Shown here piece by piece: positions 11,701 through 24,030 of a stretch of 64,000 bases of DNA (within the stretch, counting starts at the first letter, position 1; every line of letters starts with the position of its first letter). Source of the DNA: Utricularia gibba (lineage: Eukaryota; Plantae; Magnoliophyta). A program made the translations under genes and the position numbers. Location: contig CM007989.1 in the NCBI GenBank assembly GCA_002189035.1, forward strand, positions 1,736,001-1,800,000, given 5' to 3'. The notes under the pieces were generated by a model that made no database searches, was not told where the DNA came from, and saw only the letters and a program-made list of their open reading frames with translations.

Positions 11701-14700
11701 TTTAAAAAAAAAGGGGCAGAGCTAAAGTTGTACCTGAGCAGGATCAACTATGTTAACACCTTCAAAAACAATTCTTCTGATATTTCTGCACATTGTAAAC
11801 AAAACACATTTCCATAAATGAAAATAGATCATAAATAAAGAATAAAAATTGTAAAGACATGCGTTTGTTCATAAAGATTTGTAAAGAAGGACAAAAAATG
11901 GCAATTGGATGTTTCTATACTGATAGGGTTGACTGCATAAACCCAAAATACAGCCTTACCTTTCTTTGAGTGAAGTTAAGTAACGATCCAAGCACCCTTG
12001 ATGTACTGCATGCCCACAAGAAGAAATATAAATTCCACCATCATTACCAGAGGGGCCCATGTTATCATAATCGGGATGCAGACGAGATTCAAGTTTCATA
12101 AAAGCTGATGGAGTAGTTTTAGGTTCTTCTGGAAGAGTATCTATGTATTTTCCAAGCAACAAATGCTTGGAACAGTTATCAATGGTTTCCACGGTTGAAG
12201 ACTTCTCTGTTGAGCCAGAAAGAGACTCCCTGACCAATAGATATGCGTGCTCTTCCAATTTCTCAATTGGCTGCTCTGATGTCTTCATTTTACTAGTTGA
12301 AGGAAGGTTACTATTCTTAACAGAAGGGAATCGATCATTCGAAAAGTCCATAAAGCTGTTTACTTCAGCAGGCTGACCAGTAGAGGCAAAATCATCTACA
12401 ACAATCTGAACCCAGTCCTCCAACTGATTCAATGTGATCAATTCTGGAGTATCAGAGACAACGGCAGAAGAGGACTCATTACTAAAAGGTGTGTCACAAT
12501 GAGCATGCTCTTCAGATGATAGGTTATGTTGATCCCATGAACGTGGCCCTTGGTCAACAAAACTTGAAATTCTGGATTTCTTTATTATAAGAAAATAGCA
12601 AAACAAAAACATTATAAGCATGGCGGAATAAAGTGCAAACATCATTTAGAAATGTTTCAGCATCGTTGACGGCAGAAGGCAGAGATACCTGAAGGAGAAC
12701 TAAAAATGATACTGGATTGTCAGACTTGTGCTCGTGACAAAGTGAACAGATGACATTAGATTCCAGAGTATCAGGGCCTTGAGGATCATGATTTCCACTA
12801 TCAAACTGGATATCATCCATTTCATCATCTTTGTTTGAAAAGCTCTCTAGAAACTTGGATTGCTGGTTCCTCATGTTTTCCTGCATAAAGTAATCATGAA
12901 AAAATGACAACTACGAAATGGAAAAAGGTGAACATCAACAAAAGGATTTAATAAAAGAGCAAAGTGGGATCTATGTCTTTTTCAGTTCTGCAAAAAAAGG
13001 TTCTCCCAGGCTTCTTCACAAGCATTGTTAATCAACAGTATCCATTATGAAATGAAAAGCATGAGTAACTTAGTCCATCCTATGCCATTGATGGATTACT
13101 TTCTTCAGTGCTCATTGTTCAGGCATGATTCAACCACTAACAAAACATTGGAATATCAGCTGTCAAAAAATCTTTCCCAGGAGAATAAAGCTAAAGCAAG
13201 TTAGAACAAGTGAAATTCTATGAGCCACTGAACACCGCATAACTCATGATATACACATAGAGAAATGCACAAGCAAAGAAGAAAGGCATATATATTAAGG
13301 AATTCGGATGTCTTCACATTCCATGCAAATAACAAATTATAATCTTACCAGTATAGCTGCTTGCCTTTCTCGGGCTTTTGCTTTGCGCATTTCACTCTCA
13401 CTTTTCAAATGATGTGGTTCGGTATCATCAGTTAAACCAGAACCTAAAAATCTAGATACTCCTTGAGGAGAAAGCTTCTGCAGTTTCTCTGCACATGATG
13501 GTTCAAGCTCAGCAAAGGCCCGGATTAAACTTGACACTAAAGTTGCCAAACCTCCAGCTTCCACTACATTCTGTGCATTTTCTTTCCTCACCAACGAGAA
13601 AAGAAGTGACAACATGCTGTGGTCTCCATGCTCACTCATGGATATTTCTTCTGTCGCAAATGCCAAAAATGGAATGGAATCATCAACATAGCATAATTTA
13701 TCGCCTGATTTCTTGTGAAACCGACAAACATCTAGTGAAAGTGATAATAAATGCAGTGCAGTCAAAAGAACACCATCTGGAGCACGTGATGTAGTCGACT
13801 TATCAGTTAAAACTGCATAAAATAGCACTGCACGTATAATTTGTAGAAGGCTTTTACAAGTCGCAATTTTAGCTATTTCACTGAGAGGATGATAGATCTT
13901 GGACCACTTGGGAAGTTGAGTCGTCAAAGCAGAAACATTACAAAACCGTGAGTATCTTTCCAGTGCTACTTGCTGATCCCTTAGGTTCCAGCGAGGATGA
14001 TATAAATCAAGCTCCTTCCATTGTGTCAACCGCAGTTTATATGTGCCCTGTGAAACAAATGAATTTTAGTTGTACCTTCTATAAAATGTTCAATGTGCTC
14101 CCTCCTTAACATTAATGAAAAAAACCTGAGTCATGCCACTTGGACGTGAATATTCAGCCACCCTATCTAATACTTCCTGAAGTTCATCCACCTCTGAAAG
14201 ATCATGGGAAAGCAATTTGACCAATTGACTATGTGTGGCATCTCCTACAGATAGCTTGTAAACTAATTCTCTCAGAAGATACTGTTCTGTTGTTAGCCCA
14301 CAAAACCTTCGTTCCTTTACTATTTGTATAAATAGAGTCAGCATTTCAGTAACCATAATGGGTTCGTGCCTGGATTACAAATTGAGAAAATTGAATGGGA
14401 TTACAAAAAAAAAAATCTCAATATCAAGGTTTCAAGATATAACAAAACAAACATCTCACTTCATACAAGGGAGGAAACATGGACATAAAAAAACCTCAAT
14501 ATCAAGCATTTGTTTATGAGGGAGCAAATATGGGACTAGATATCTTGGATATGAACAGAATAAATTGGGTAACATCTTATAAGAGATACTGCAGCTATAT
14601 TCAGTGTAGATGCTACTGACAACACATCTGAAATTGCAATTCATAACAACGAAGGTAAAATGTTTCCCATCATGTTTGGCCAATGGTTTGTAGTTTCTGT

Positions 14701-17700
14701 TCTTTAAATAAATAATTGTATCTACAGATTCATCAAATCATCAAACAAGATAACGTGTACAAGATATTAAACATTGCTAGTGCATAACAACAGGACACAG
14801 GAAATTTGCCAAAATTGCTGCTGAAGGATGCAATGGCAAGCCAGAAAGCAATATCTAGAAGAATCAACACAGCAGATAACAATATACTTACAGTTCCCCA
14901 AATAAGAAAATATGCTTGAGTTAAAGACGAAATTACATACTCACGAGCATGCCCCAGATTTAGTGCTAGATAACTTGACAATCCAAATCGTTCCAGGATC
15001 CTCAGGACAAAAAGATCAGGTGGAGCTAGAGAAGCACAAACTTGAAGCAAGAAGAGATCAAGCTCTTGACCTTGCTCAGACCTGGAAAAAGAAATATAGA
15101 AAATGAAGTCAAGGTATCAGTAACAGCCAACGAAAAAAATGAGAAATTATAACACTTGTATATATTACGTAGGCCATTTGCAGTGAAAACATACCATCTT
15201 ACTGAACGATACCACTCACTGAATATTATTGGAGTATCTCCATTCCTACGCCACATTCTAGAATGCACCTGTGCACAGAAGACTCTTATTCGCAGTGGGT
15301 GCTCCATCAGAAAGGCAGCAAAGCTGTGTCTGTGGCACCCATTCAGGATCTGTTCAAAAAAATTACATTTTCGACCAAATGACCACTCTGCAGTGCAACT
15401 ATTTACATTTTCACCAAAACATTCTTTAAGAGCCCTTCTCAACATCATTGACAAAAGCTGATGTAATGGAAAGTGCACAGAAATTTCTTGTGAGCTCACG
15501 TCAAACGTGATATCAGGCCAAGTAGATGAATTCAGAATTCGCAAGCCTTCCTCCAGATCTGCATGAATAATTGAGAAAGAATGCTATGGTAAATGAAAAC
15601 AACTGGAAGAGTATCAACTAAAGAATTAAGCATACCTTCAGGTGAAGCAGGTGGCTTAAAAATTGTTGTGCCTTCTCTGAATTTAGACAGTGTTTTCTGA
15701 AGAATGAGAAAATTATTACTGGAGCCATCACTTGCTTTGGAGCCCAATGGAGCAAGCAGGGAGAAAGTACTGTTCACCCCAACCAATTTTCAATTGATTT
15801 CAAGCACTCATATATTAACCAGAAAGCAGAGGGGGGGGTAAAAGTAGCCTTGTTTTCATGACCCACTACTGTATCCCAGTAGTAAAACTCTTAGAACCTT
15901 GTGAGATTCCAAATTGTTCTTGTCTAGGAATGCATTGATCTTCATGATCACGTTTGAAGGTCTTGAAGGAAGTGCCTTCAATTCCGTCATATAGAGGATC
16001 GACTGAAAAAGCCCCAGTCACCAGAAGTAAGAGAATGTTGGAGAGAGAGTGGCATAACACAAAAGGCAGATGCACATTCTCGTTCTCCACCTCAATGTGA
16101 CTTCCAGTTTCTCTCTTCAGAGTGTTCATTCCTTGTACAAAAGCCAAGAGCTTCAACCATTTTCTCACTAATTCTCGCTCCTTATGGAACAAATATTTTG
16201 GTACTGCAGGATGGCTCATTACATATCTAATATCCTCGATCACATGAACAGTAGTATCATACAGGTTTGACCATTTTGCAACCTGTGATGAAATTGAAAT
16301 AATAAGTTTCTGTCCAAGTGAGCGGGGATTTGTTGCACAAAATATTTTTTCATAAAAAAACAGTGAAGATTCCATAATTTTTGTAAACAGCTAAGACTAA
16401 CACTGTTAGGTATAGAAGTCATTGCTACAGTAAGTTCCAAAAGAAGGAAGAAATAGAAACAATATCCACTCCGAACAAATACAGAAATTGCTTGGAAGCC
16501 TTTCAAGATAATCTAGAAGGAAAATTTATAAATACAAACCCAAAAAACTGAAATCCCATAAATATCAGCCACAAACAGATTAACAGCAAATATTTACAGG
16601 GTAACTTGTTGAAGATGCACAGATTTACGCTACTTTCTGAAAACTATTTACCATGTATATCTGCTATGTTATTCACCATTAGCTTGTTAAGGACAAACAA
16701 AGGTCAAGACAAATGCTGACAAATTGCTGCAGAGGTGAACTTAACATAGAAGCAACTCCATGGCAGAAAAAAAAAGGGTGGTTGAGGAAAAAAAAGAGCA
16801 TGCATTTGCATATCAATTGACGATGGTGCAGGAAAATAGCATGTAAGAACCAGAACCTGCAGCCTTCCATCTTCTCCAGCGCATGAATTGAAAATATTTT
16901 CTAAGCATTGGAACAAGGCACCCATTAGATCCATTTCCTCCACTAGTCGAGGCGCAAGGGTGGGCACAGTTAAAATTTGAACTGATAATATTGACAGCAG
17001 TGTACATTTTTTGAAAGCAGCATCACCAGCTTTACTTGCCTCCCCAATAGTTGCATTTACAACACTTGGATAATAAAGTACAAAGACTTTGGCGAACTCA
17101 TACTTGAACGCTGGTTCACCTAACATCTTCAGAAGCAACTCATGTAACTTTCCAAAAACACTAGGACTAAGAAATTTCTCTGCCATCATTAGAATCCCTA
17201 GTAAATCTGCTGATGAATAAACTCGCACAGATATGAAACTGAGCAAACTTTCATGGTGTTTGCAAAAATCTAAAAGCATTTTCACCACATTGGATGTCAG
17301 CTCATCTATAAATTGTAGATATGCATTGCCAGCAGCATTTCTAGGACTATCATTGGAAGCATATTTTGAAAGCACATCCTTCCAGTAATTAAGCAACACA
17401 TCAAGCACCGGTCCCAATGACTCTGCAATGTGTGCGGGAAGTGGTTGAATCTGTTCAGCTCCTTTATGCTTAAAACAAAATCCTTCACGCTTCCAAGCAG
17501 TAATATCCCCACAGTCACAACACCCACCAACTGTGTATATGATGGAGTAGTCATGGTCCTTATGGTCGCCATTTTCAAAACAAGGAACACAAATTGCGCA
17601 TGTTGGATCATGCTCACATGTCCTACACCGGTAAGCTATGTCATTGTCCCCCCAAACAGCCCCACAAACACCACGCTGATCAGAACTAACTTCATTCAGT

Positions 17701-18333
17701 TGTCCTAGAGCCAGCTTTGGATCTTCTTCAAACATCAGCCACTGTAGCCACACCATGCTTTCTCGAAAAACTTCTCTATCAACCTCGTCATCCTCATGAG
17801 GCAGTATGGCGAAAGTCAAATCTTTTACGAGCCATTTGTGGCATTTCACAAAAGAAACCAAATTATATTCTTCTTGAAGCGAAGTATCCCACGAGATCCC
17901 GAGCTGTGACAACCTCTACACAGAAATTCAACTGTAAACTACGCGTACTTGAAAAAATTCTACAACTGATGTTGCGAACCAGTAGAATATAGGATCAACT
18001 GTTTACATCACATTTTCATGACATTACGTTGATCGTTCAAGCAGGTAAATTTCAGAAAGGAATTATTTTTTACGAAAACAAATGATATTCAAGAGCTATG
18101 GAAATTCCAAGTGGATTAAAAACTCTAAATTGACAACAGGAGACGTCAGTTACACCAGACGAATCGGCACTTCTCCCACAGAGGCCTCCATCCTGTTTCT
18201 AATCAGCTACATGATTCAGGGAAAAAAAAAAGCTATTTTTCTGGCGTAGACAACTGAAATGCACCTGAACAATGCGCTTTCGAGGTCGAGGAGACGTAGC
18301 TTCTACGGATTCCGGCGATAAGTCGATCTCCAT
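8730..18333 (-). CDS. PRT6: E3 ubiquitin ligase PRT6 (UBR1-like N-recognin), multi-exon; four apparent 1-nt frameshifts in this sequence
   Basis: Exon 1 18333-18265 MEIDLSPE...RIVQ. UBR box GVCGAVWGDNDIAYRCRTCEHDPTCAICVPCF...GGCCDCGD. RING CGHAVHQGCLDRY / GEFLCPVCRGLANS. C-terminal WPSPYLDAFGEE, RGKPLFLNEERYAAL, VASHGVHRSSEVLRQTT; stop at 8730-8732. Confidence 0.96.
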
Positions 18334-18864
18334 CCGTAGCAACCCAGCAATCCAACTGATGCAGGAGAACTTGTTGATCTCACGGCCACGAGTCCCCAGG
18401 GCTGGAGTTCATTACCGCACGACGATCAACATCATGAGATAGAAAATCGCAATCAACAGAAGATACTCTTTCAGAACCCTATGGAAATCGCCAGCTTTTT
18501 GCTGCTTCCAACGCAAATTTCTCCTTCTCACCAGGCGGTTGGGATATCCTACTCGTGAGGAGATTCGGCTTCCATGTCTGCAGCCGAATAGTATCAATGT
18601 GGGCTCAGTTCATTGGGCCTATTAGCTCATGAATCATGGGCCAAAACCCTGGGCCCAAGAGTCAACAAAAGTCGATCCATCTGATCTGGCATTCGACTCA
18701 CTCCGAATTGATGTTCCCAGCGACTGTGCCACGACAAGAGCTCAGAACAGTCAGCTGTAGTTGCGGGCCGGGCCACGTGCTGCTGCAAGAAGGAAAAAGG
18801 TGGTGATAAAAGTATCAGATAATTGGTTTCAGCGGGAGAAGAGAACAGAGCAAATTTTTCAGAG
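18334..18864. promoter_or_regulatory. Compact divergent promoter between PRT6 and the PDF1-related gene
   Basis: 531 bp between opposing ATGs. Site II-like TGGGCC at 18614, 18637 and 18650; G-box CACGTG at 18774-18779. Confidence 0.55.
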
Positions 18865-19401
18865 ATGGGGAAGGCTAGCTGTCGTCTTCTTATTCTTCTT
18901 CTTTTTCTTGTGTTGGGAGCAGCAGCGGCGCATCGGCAGGGACCCGGTTTTCTCTACACAAGAAGCAGGAAAAGATGCTCTCCACAGTACGTTTACGCAC
19001 TGCATCACTTCGATTTGAAACTTCAAGGGCTTAAAGTTGCTTCTTTTTTTATGGTGTTGAAAATAAACAGGTACTGGAGTAGCGAGATAGAGGAGTGGCC
19101 AAGAATGGTGCCCAAGTACTCGACATTGTCAAAGGTGTTCGGGTCCGGGGTATTGGAGCGATACCGGGCCAATATGACGCTCCTGGAGGCCGCTGCAATG
19201 GAGGAAAATGAAGGGGACGATGCGGAGTTCCGGCGATTGTTGAGGGAGTCAGCGGCGGCGCTAGTCAACTCGTACGCCCGGAGTGGTTATCCATACGCCT
19301 CCTGGGAAGTGAAGACTCTGGTGATCCAGGCCTTGGTGTCAAGAAATGCAGCAGGTCATCAGGCCCATCAGTTTCTTGAAGCCAATACGAACTGTGGATA
19401 G
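18865..19401 (+). CDS. Small secreted protein related to the PROTODERMAL FACTOR1 C-terminal domain, 2 exons (intron 18987-19070)
   Basis: Signal-peptide-like MGKASCRLLILLLFLVLGAAAA, then GPGFLYTRSRKRCSPQ|YWSS...WPRMVP...SKVFG...AALVNSYARSGYPYASWEVK...ANTNC. Confidence 0.75.
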   Translation: MGKASCRLLILLLFLVLGAAAAHRQGPGFLYTRSRKRCSPQYVYALHHFDLKLQGLKVASFFMVLKINRYWSSEIEEWPRMVPKYSTLSKVFGSGVLERYRANMTLLEAAAMEENEGDDAEFRRLLRESAAALVNSYARSGYPYASWEVKTLVIQALVSRNAAGHQAHQFLEANTNCG

Positions 19402-20411
19402 GATGGGGAGTAGAAACATTGAAGAGCTCTTTGTGAGGTCTGCTTCAGCACATGTAACCCCATTCTGCCCTTTCGTAGAAAAAAAGATTGGTTCTTTTAC
19501 CCCATGAGATCAAAAATGAAAAACATCAAGTCTGTTTTCTGTATTTTGGGAACACCTCATCTGAAAGATGGTTTTTGGGACACAGATAAACTTTATACAT
19601 GCAAAATACAAACCACTGAATCATAGAGGTGTTCAGGCAAGAAGATGACACGGCTTCATAGTTGTGCCCCGGAACAAACACTTGGCAGCAGCACCAGCAC
19701 CATTTTGCTGCAGAGGGGCTCAAACACAGCTCTGGGTTCCCTATCAGATCTAAATTTCTTCCAGCACCATTTTGCCGCTTCAGGAAACTAGTGTTGAAAT
19801 GCTGGACCCCTCCAAGGTGAAAACTTGAACTGGGATTTGGCCTCTGATCCTATTTCCTGGAATGGCTTCAGAGAGGAAACTAGGCCAACAATTGACTGCT
19901 CCACTGAGCAGTTTGATTCTGGGCACTAAATATTTCCTGGGCTCTGGACGATTCTCGCAGAAATCGAAGAAAAAACTCTGAATCAAGCTGGGGAATCTCA
20001 GTGATCCTCTCCTCTTCAGTTTTTATTTCACAAAACAAAAACACAAATGAATTCCCTAACTAATTGGTGCTATCAGAAGATACAGGTGGCTAATATCATA
20101 GAACACATTTGCGTTGCAGTATATAGAGTTTAAGTACCCAATTCACCGTTTGTTTAAAGACTGCATCATTCATCTGTAAACACAAAAGCAAAGAAGAAGC
20201 ACGACCAAAAGCTATTCTGATTGTGAGAAAAAAAGAAATCAAATAAAAATACACACACGAAAGCGATAGTAGTACAAGAAAATGGGATACAGCGTTCTCA
20301 CCCGAATCATGTGCAATGGCTTCGTTGAAGGCCCAATTTCAGGCGGATTACAAGATTGGGCCGTTCGGAAAAACTGGGGCGGCAGCGGGCTTAGGAAAAA
20401 AAGAGTACACG

Positions 20412-20496
20412 TGGGGTGAGAGAGGCTCGAACTCTCGACCTCAGGATAACTCAGAAGCTATGAGACCTACGCGCTAGCCAACTGCGCCACCACCCC
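20412..20496 (-). tRNA. Elongator tRNA-Met (CAT) with an 11-nt intron (20438-20448)
   Basis: Reverse complement GGGGTGGTGGCGCAGTTGGCTAGCGCGTAGGTCTCATA[GCTTCTGAGTT]ATCCTGAGGTCGAGAGTTCGAGCCTCTCTCACCCCA matches plant tRNA-Met(e). An oligo-T Pol III terminator follows. Confidence 0.97.
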
Positions 20497-20716
20497 GGAT
20501 GTGGATGATGATATTTTATTATTTTATATTATTATACTTTGCAATATTGCACAAGGCATAATGATAAAGCATGGTGGGGTGGGGCGGAGAAATCAAATCC
20601 AGGAGCCTGCCAACTCTACTTTTTTCTTGCGCTTTTCCGTGCTTCTCTTCTCTTTCAGGAAGGGGCGGGCGGTGTGCATTCTCACGCACCACCATTTCAG
20701 GTTGGCGTACGCCACC

Positions 20717-21731
20717 ATGACGCCACCCCTTAGAACCCGCTCCAGGACCCTGCCCCTCAACCTCAACCTCAACCACCCCTTCATCTCCGTCCTTCGCGCC
20801 GCCGCCTTCATTCCAGTCGGAGGACTCGATGCAATCTCGGAGAAGGCTTCGTTCCGCCGGAGCCCCACAAGGGTGTGTCAATTTCAGCGGTTCTCGTTTT
20901 TTAGTTACCAATTTCCCCTTTTTCTCTCTTCTTCCTCTTCTTGCCCGTGATTTTTTTTTTTCGTAGAACACAAAGTTTTTGTTTTGGTGGGGGTTGTTGA
21001 GTAAAAGGGTGTGTAACCCGCAGACGTCATGTTTCACCCACGTCCCTAGCTTTCGTTCTATTTTTGTGCCCGTAAAATGTTCAGAGTTCCCCTGGTAGCT
21101 TGTTTCAACTCTTTCACTATCCCATCTCTCTTTTCTCAAATCGTTACCTTGTTTTCAACATTCTTCCAGTTCAAGAAATGATGCTTTTTGTGTTTTGAAG
21201 CAAAACACGCTTCTGAGTCTTCTTCTTCTTCTTCCTTTTTCCGGTGCACCGAAACCACTTCGCCACAGGAGATTCGTGTGAGAGTTTGAACATGGCTGGG
21301 GCCTGGTGTTTCATTCACTAAATATTATTTTATGGTTGTTGTCTTTTCTTCTTTAATGAGCGCATGGGGTCGTAGTTTGGTACCTGTTTCATCATCTTTT
21401 CATGTCTATCAATTATGAGCAGGAACAACACACTACGAGTCACTACCTGCAGTTCGATCAACCGAAAGCAAAAATGTTCAGCTCAAATCTGTTGTTCTGT
21501 GGCTGCAACTCTACCGCCTTCTGCTGCTGAACTGGAGGACTTTTTCACCCATGCAGAGGCGTCACTACAGTACACTTACGTTGAGAAGTAATAATAATTT
21601 CCTTCTGCCATTCCATCACATATATATTTCTGTAGAGCTTCAAAATATTTTGCCATAGGTACAACTTCAATTTTTCCGAGGGCGTGCCGTTGCCGGAGGG
21701 TCGGTTTGAGTGGGAGGCTGTGAGGCCTTGA
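20717..21731 (+). CDS. KIP-related protein / ICK CDK inhibitor; 5' exons uncertain
   Basis: C-terminal inhibitor motif PPSAAELEDFFTHAE...EK|YNFNFSEGVPLPEGRFEWEAV* across intron 21588-21658. N-terminal LRTRSRTL resembles the KRP VRTRA.TL motif. Confidence 0.8.
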
Positions 21732-24030
21732 GCACCTCCATCTGGAGGTTCTGCTGTAAAACATTGTTTGCTCTTTAGGAATGTACAGAGAAATTGAAAT
21801 GAGAGTAGAGAAGTAGTCACATTTGGGCACTGCTAGTAGTGCTGGTTGGAGAAGTGTATCACTACCTAGTTTAGGCATTAATAAATGTACTCTCCATGTT
21901 TGTAAATTTGGCAGAGAGTTAGAGTGGATGAACGCTACTTCCACTTCATGCTTCCACTTTCCCTTCTTTTTCACCAGGATGCAGTGAAATTTCAACGGAA
22001 GTTGATGCACAACTTGAAACTTCACAGGAATGGAATGGGGGTATCCAAGTGCTTTTTCATTGCACACCTGCTCCTCTTCTATATGTTGTACAGAATCCCA
22101 CTGTGTGGATTCAGGCTTCTGAGACATGTCAGAGAGGAGGGGCCGGGGGAAATTGCCTTTCACTTGATATTTTTGTCGATTATGATAAACTCATGGAGAT
22201 AAAAGCTGCAGAAAAGAAAGAGAATAATCTAAAATATAGACAACATGGCGGCCCACACAGAGGAAGGGAATCAGGTTCACCGGGACCATTGAGCGAGCCA
22301 TCGAATGAACGGCCTCTACATGAGAAACCATCATCTTCGTCTCAGTTTTGCTTCGCAGACAAAGTAGCAAAAATAAATGGTGGTTTACATGGCTGATGTT
22401 CAGGTGAATGAATGTCTGGGACAAATTGCTCACTTGATCTCGTTTGAGGCTTTGAGCTTCACTTCATTCCTGGCTCAGAGCCTTGTGTTGTGTCATGCGA
22501 TGGAATGTGATGATGATGATCATCAATATTGAACACACAAGAACTCTGAAGCTATAAAAGGAAGTAAACATTACAGTCATTCTGGACAAGCTGAGCTTGA
22601 TCATTACATGAAAAGAGAAGCATGAGTCCCCGGAGCTACAGACCGTGCATGATAATAAGGCAAATGCTCCGGCGATCAAGCTTCACAGCAGACCAGTAAC
22701 TCAAACAAGTTTATAGAAAGAAATAAGGCAGACGCTGCGGGTTGACAGGTATAGGAATACCATTCTCTACATGGCGGAGACGCACCCACCACCGTAATCG
22801 TCGGAGAAACTAGCAATGGCCAAACTACTCAGGTTTTGCTGCATATCTGTCTACCAGTAGCAACCCAAACGATGAAGACATACTGTATTATTGTTTGGAA
22901 TTTAGATTTAATTATACCAGAAACACTGAAATTACAATGTTACCCTTCATTAATTTAATTTAATTGTTTTTATTGATTATTTTATTGAAGGCAGCAAGGT
23001 AGTTTTGCAATCAAAATCTGAAAAAAGTATTGAAATTAATGTCAATATATTGCAGAAAAATCATTTTTCTTTAATTTAAATGTTAAAAATAGTAAAATTT
23101 GCCAAAATAGGGTGTTGGGATATTAAATGTATTTTTGGAAAACAATTTGAAATGTTATTGAGAATAATGTAGCGTGGTGTAGATGGATAAAACAAAAGGG
23201 GGTTGCCGTTAGGGGGAGCGTGGGAGATGGAATCCTTGGAATGTCACATGTAATCATGGCCGTGGAGTTGAGCTGTCGCTGTAGAACACGCTCATGGTGC
23301 CAGCCCAGTTGTGGGCGTCGGTTGAGGAAATGAATTGGAATCAAACGGGGATCCATTCATTGATGCCTCCCCTCGGGTCGTGTTCCTCAGATCAGTAGTG
23401 GCTGCTCCAGCTTGCCCACCTTTTGGGTGCCCACCTGCTGCCTGATCTTCGCAATTCAATCGCGGGGTTCGTTCTGCTTGCCTTTTCACAAAGGAATTCG
23501 GAGTCTTTTTGTGTTTGGTAGCCCCAGCCCTGCCTTGTTCAAAATCGAAGTTGCTTTGATTATTGTTGGCGATCGTTGTTGTCGTTAACTAATGCGTGAA
23601 GAATTTTGAGTGGGGTTACTGTTTTGCGTTCCCATCCTCTCCGTCTGTCTCTTTGGTTGAACAATGTCCTGCTGGTCTCACTGATATGACTTAGAAACTT
23701 TCGTTTTTTAAAGAATGTCACTTCTTTGATTTGGCCAAATCCGCCACATAATTTTTCCAATTTCGCTATTCCTCGCTTTTTTTTCAAGATTTTATCTTGT
23801 CTATTTTTTACGCATAGGTGAAGCCTTTTTTCGCAATGAATGTTTAACCCGAAGTACAGAATTGCTGGAGGTTGGGATATCCTCTATTTGAAACGAAATG
23901 CAAACATGTACTTCATTAAATTTCAGATTTGCTGTATTTTTGCTGAGCAATTGACATAGTGCTTTGCTATTTTTTTCACCAACATATGAGATCTTGATCA
24001 AGGTTGTTCAGCCATCTGCTTTGAATTGAA

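Noticed and set aside
15770-15869. A 100-nt GT-AG intron that would restore the PRT6 frame
   Set aside because: Weak donor (CA|GTAGTG), no pyrimidine tract, and it would delete the conserved WLIYECLKSIENWLG segment.
20300-20412. Dicistronic tRNA-Met-snoRNA (tsnoRNA) gene
   Set aside because: An oligo-T Pol III terminator lies about 10 nt after the tRNA, and no C/D box pair follows.
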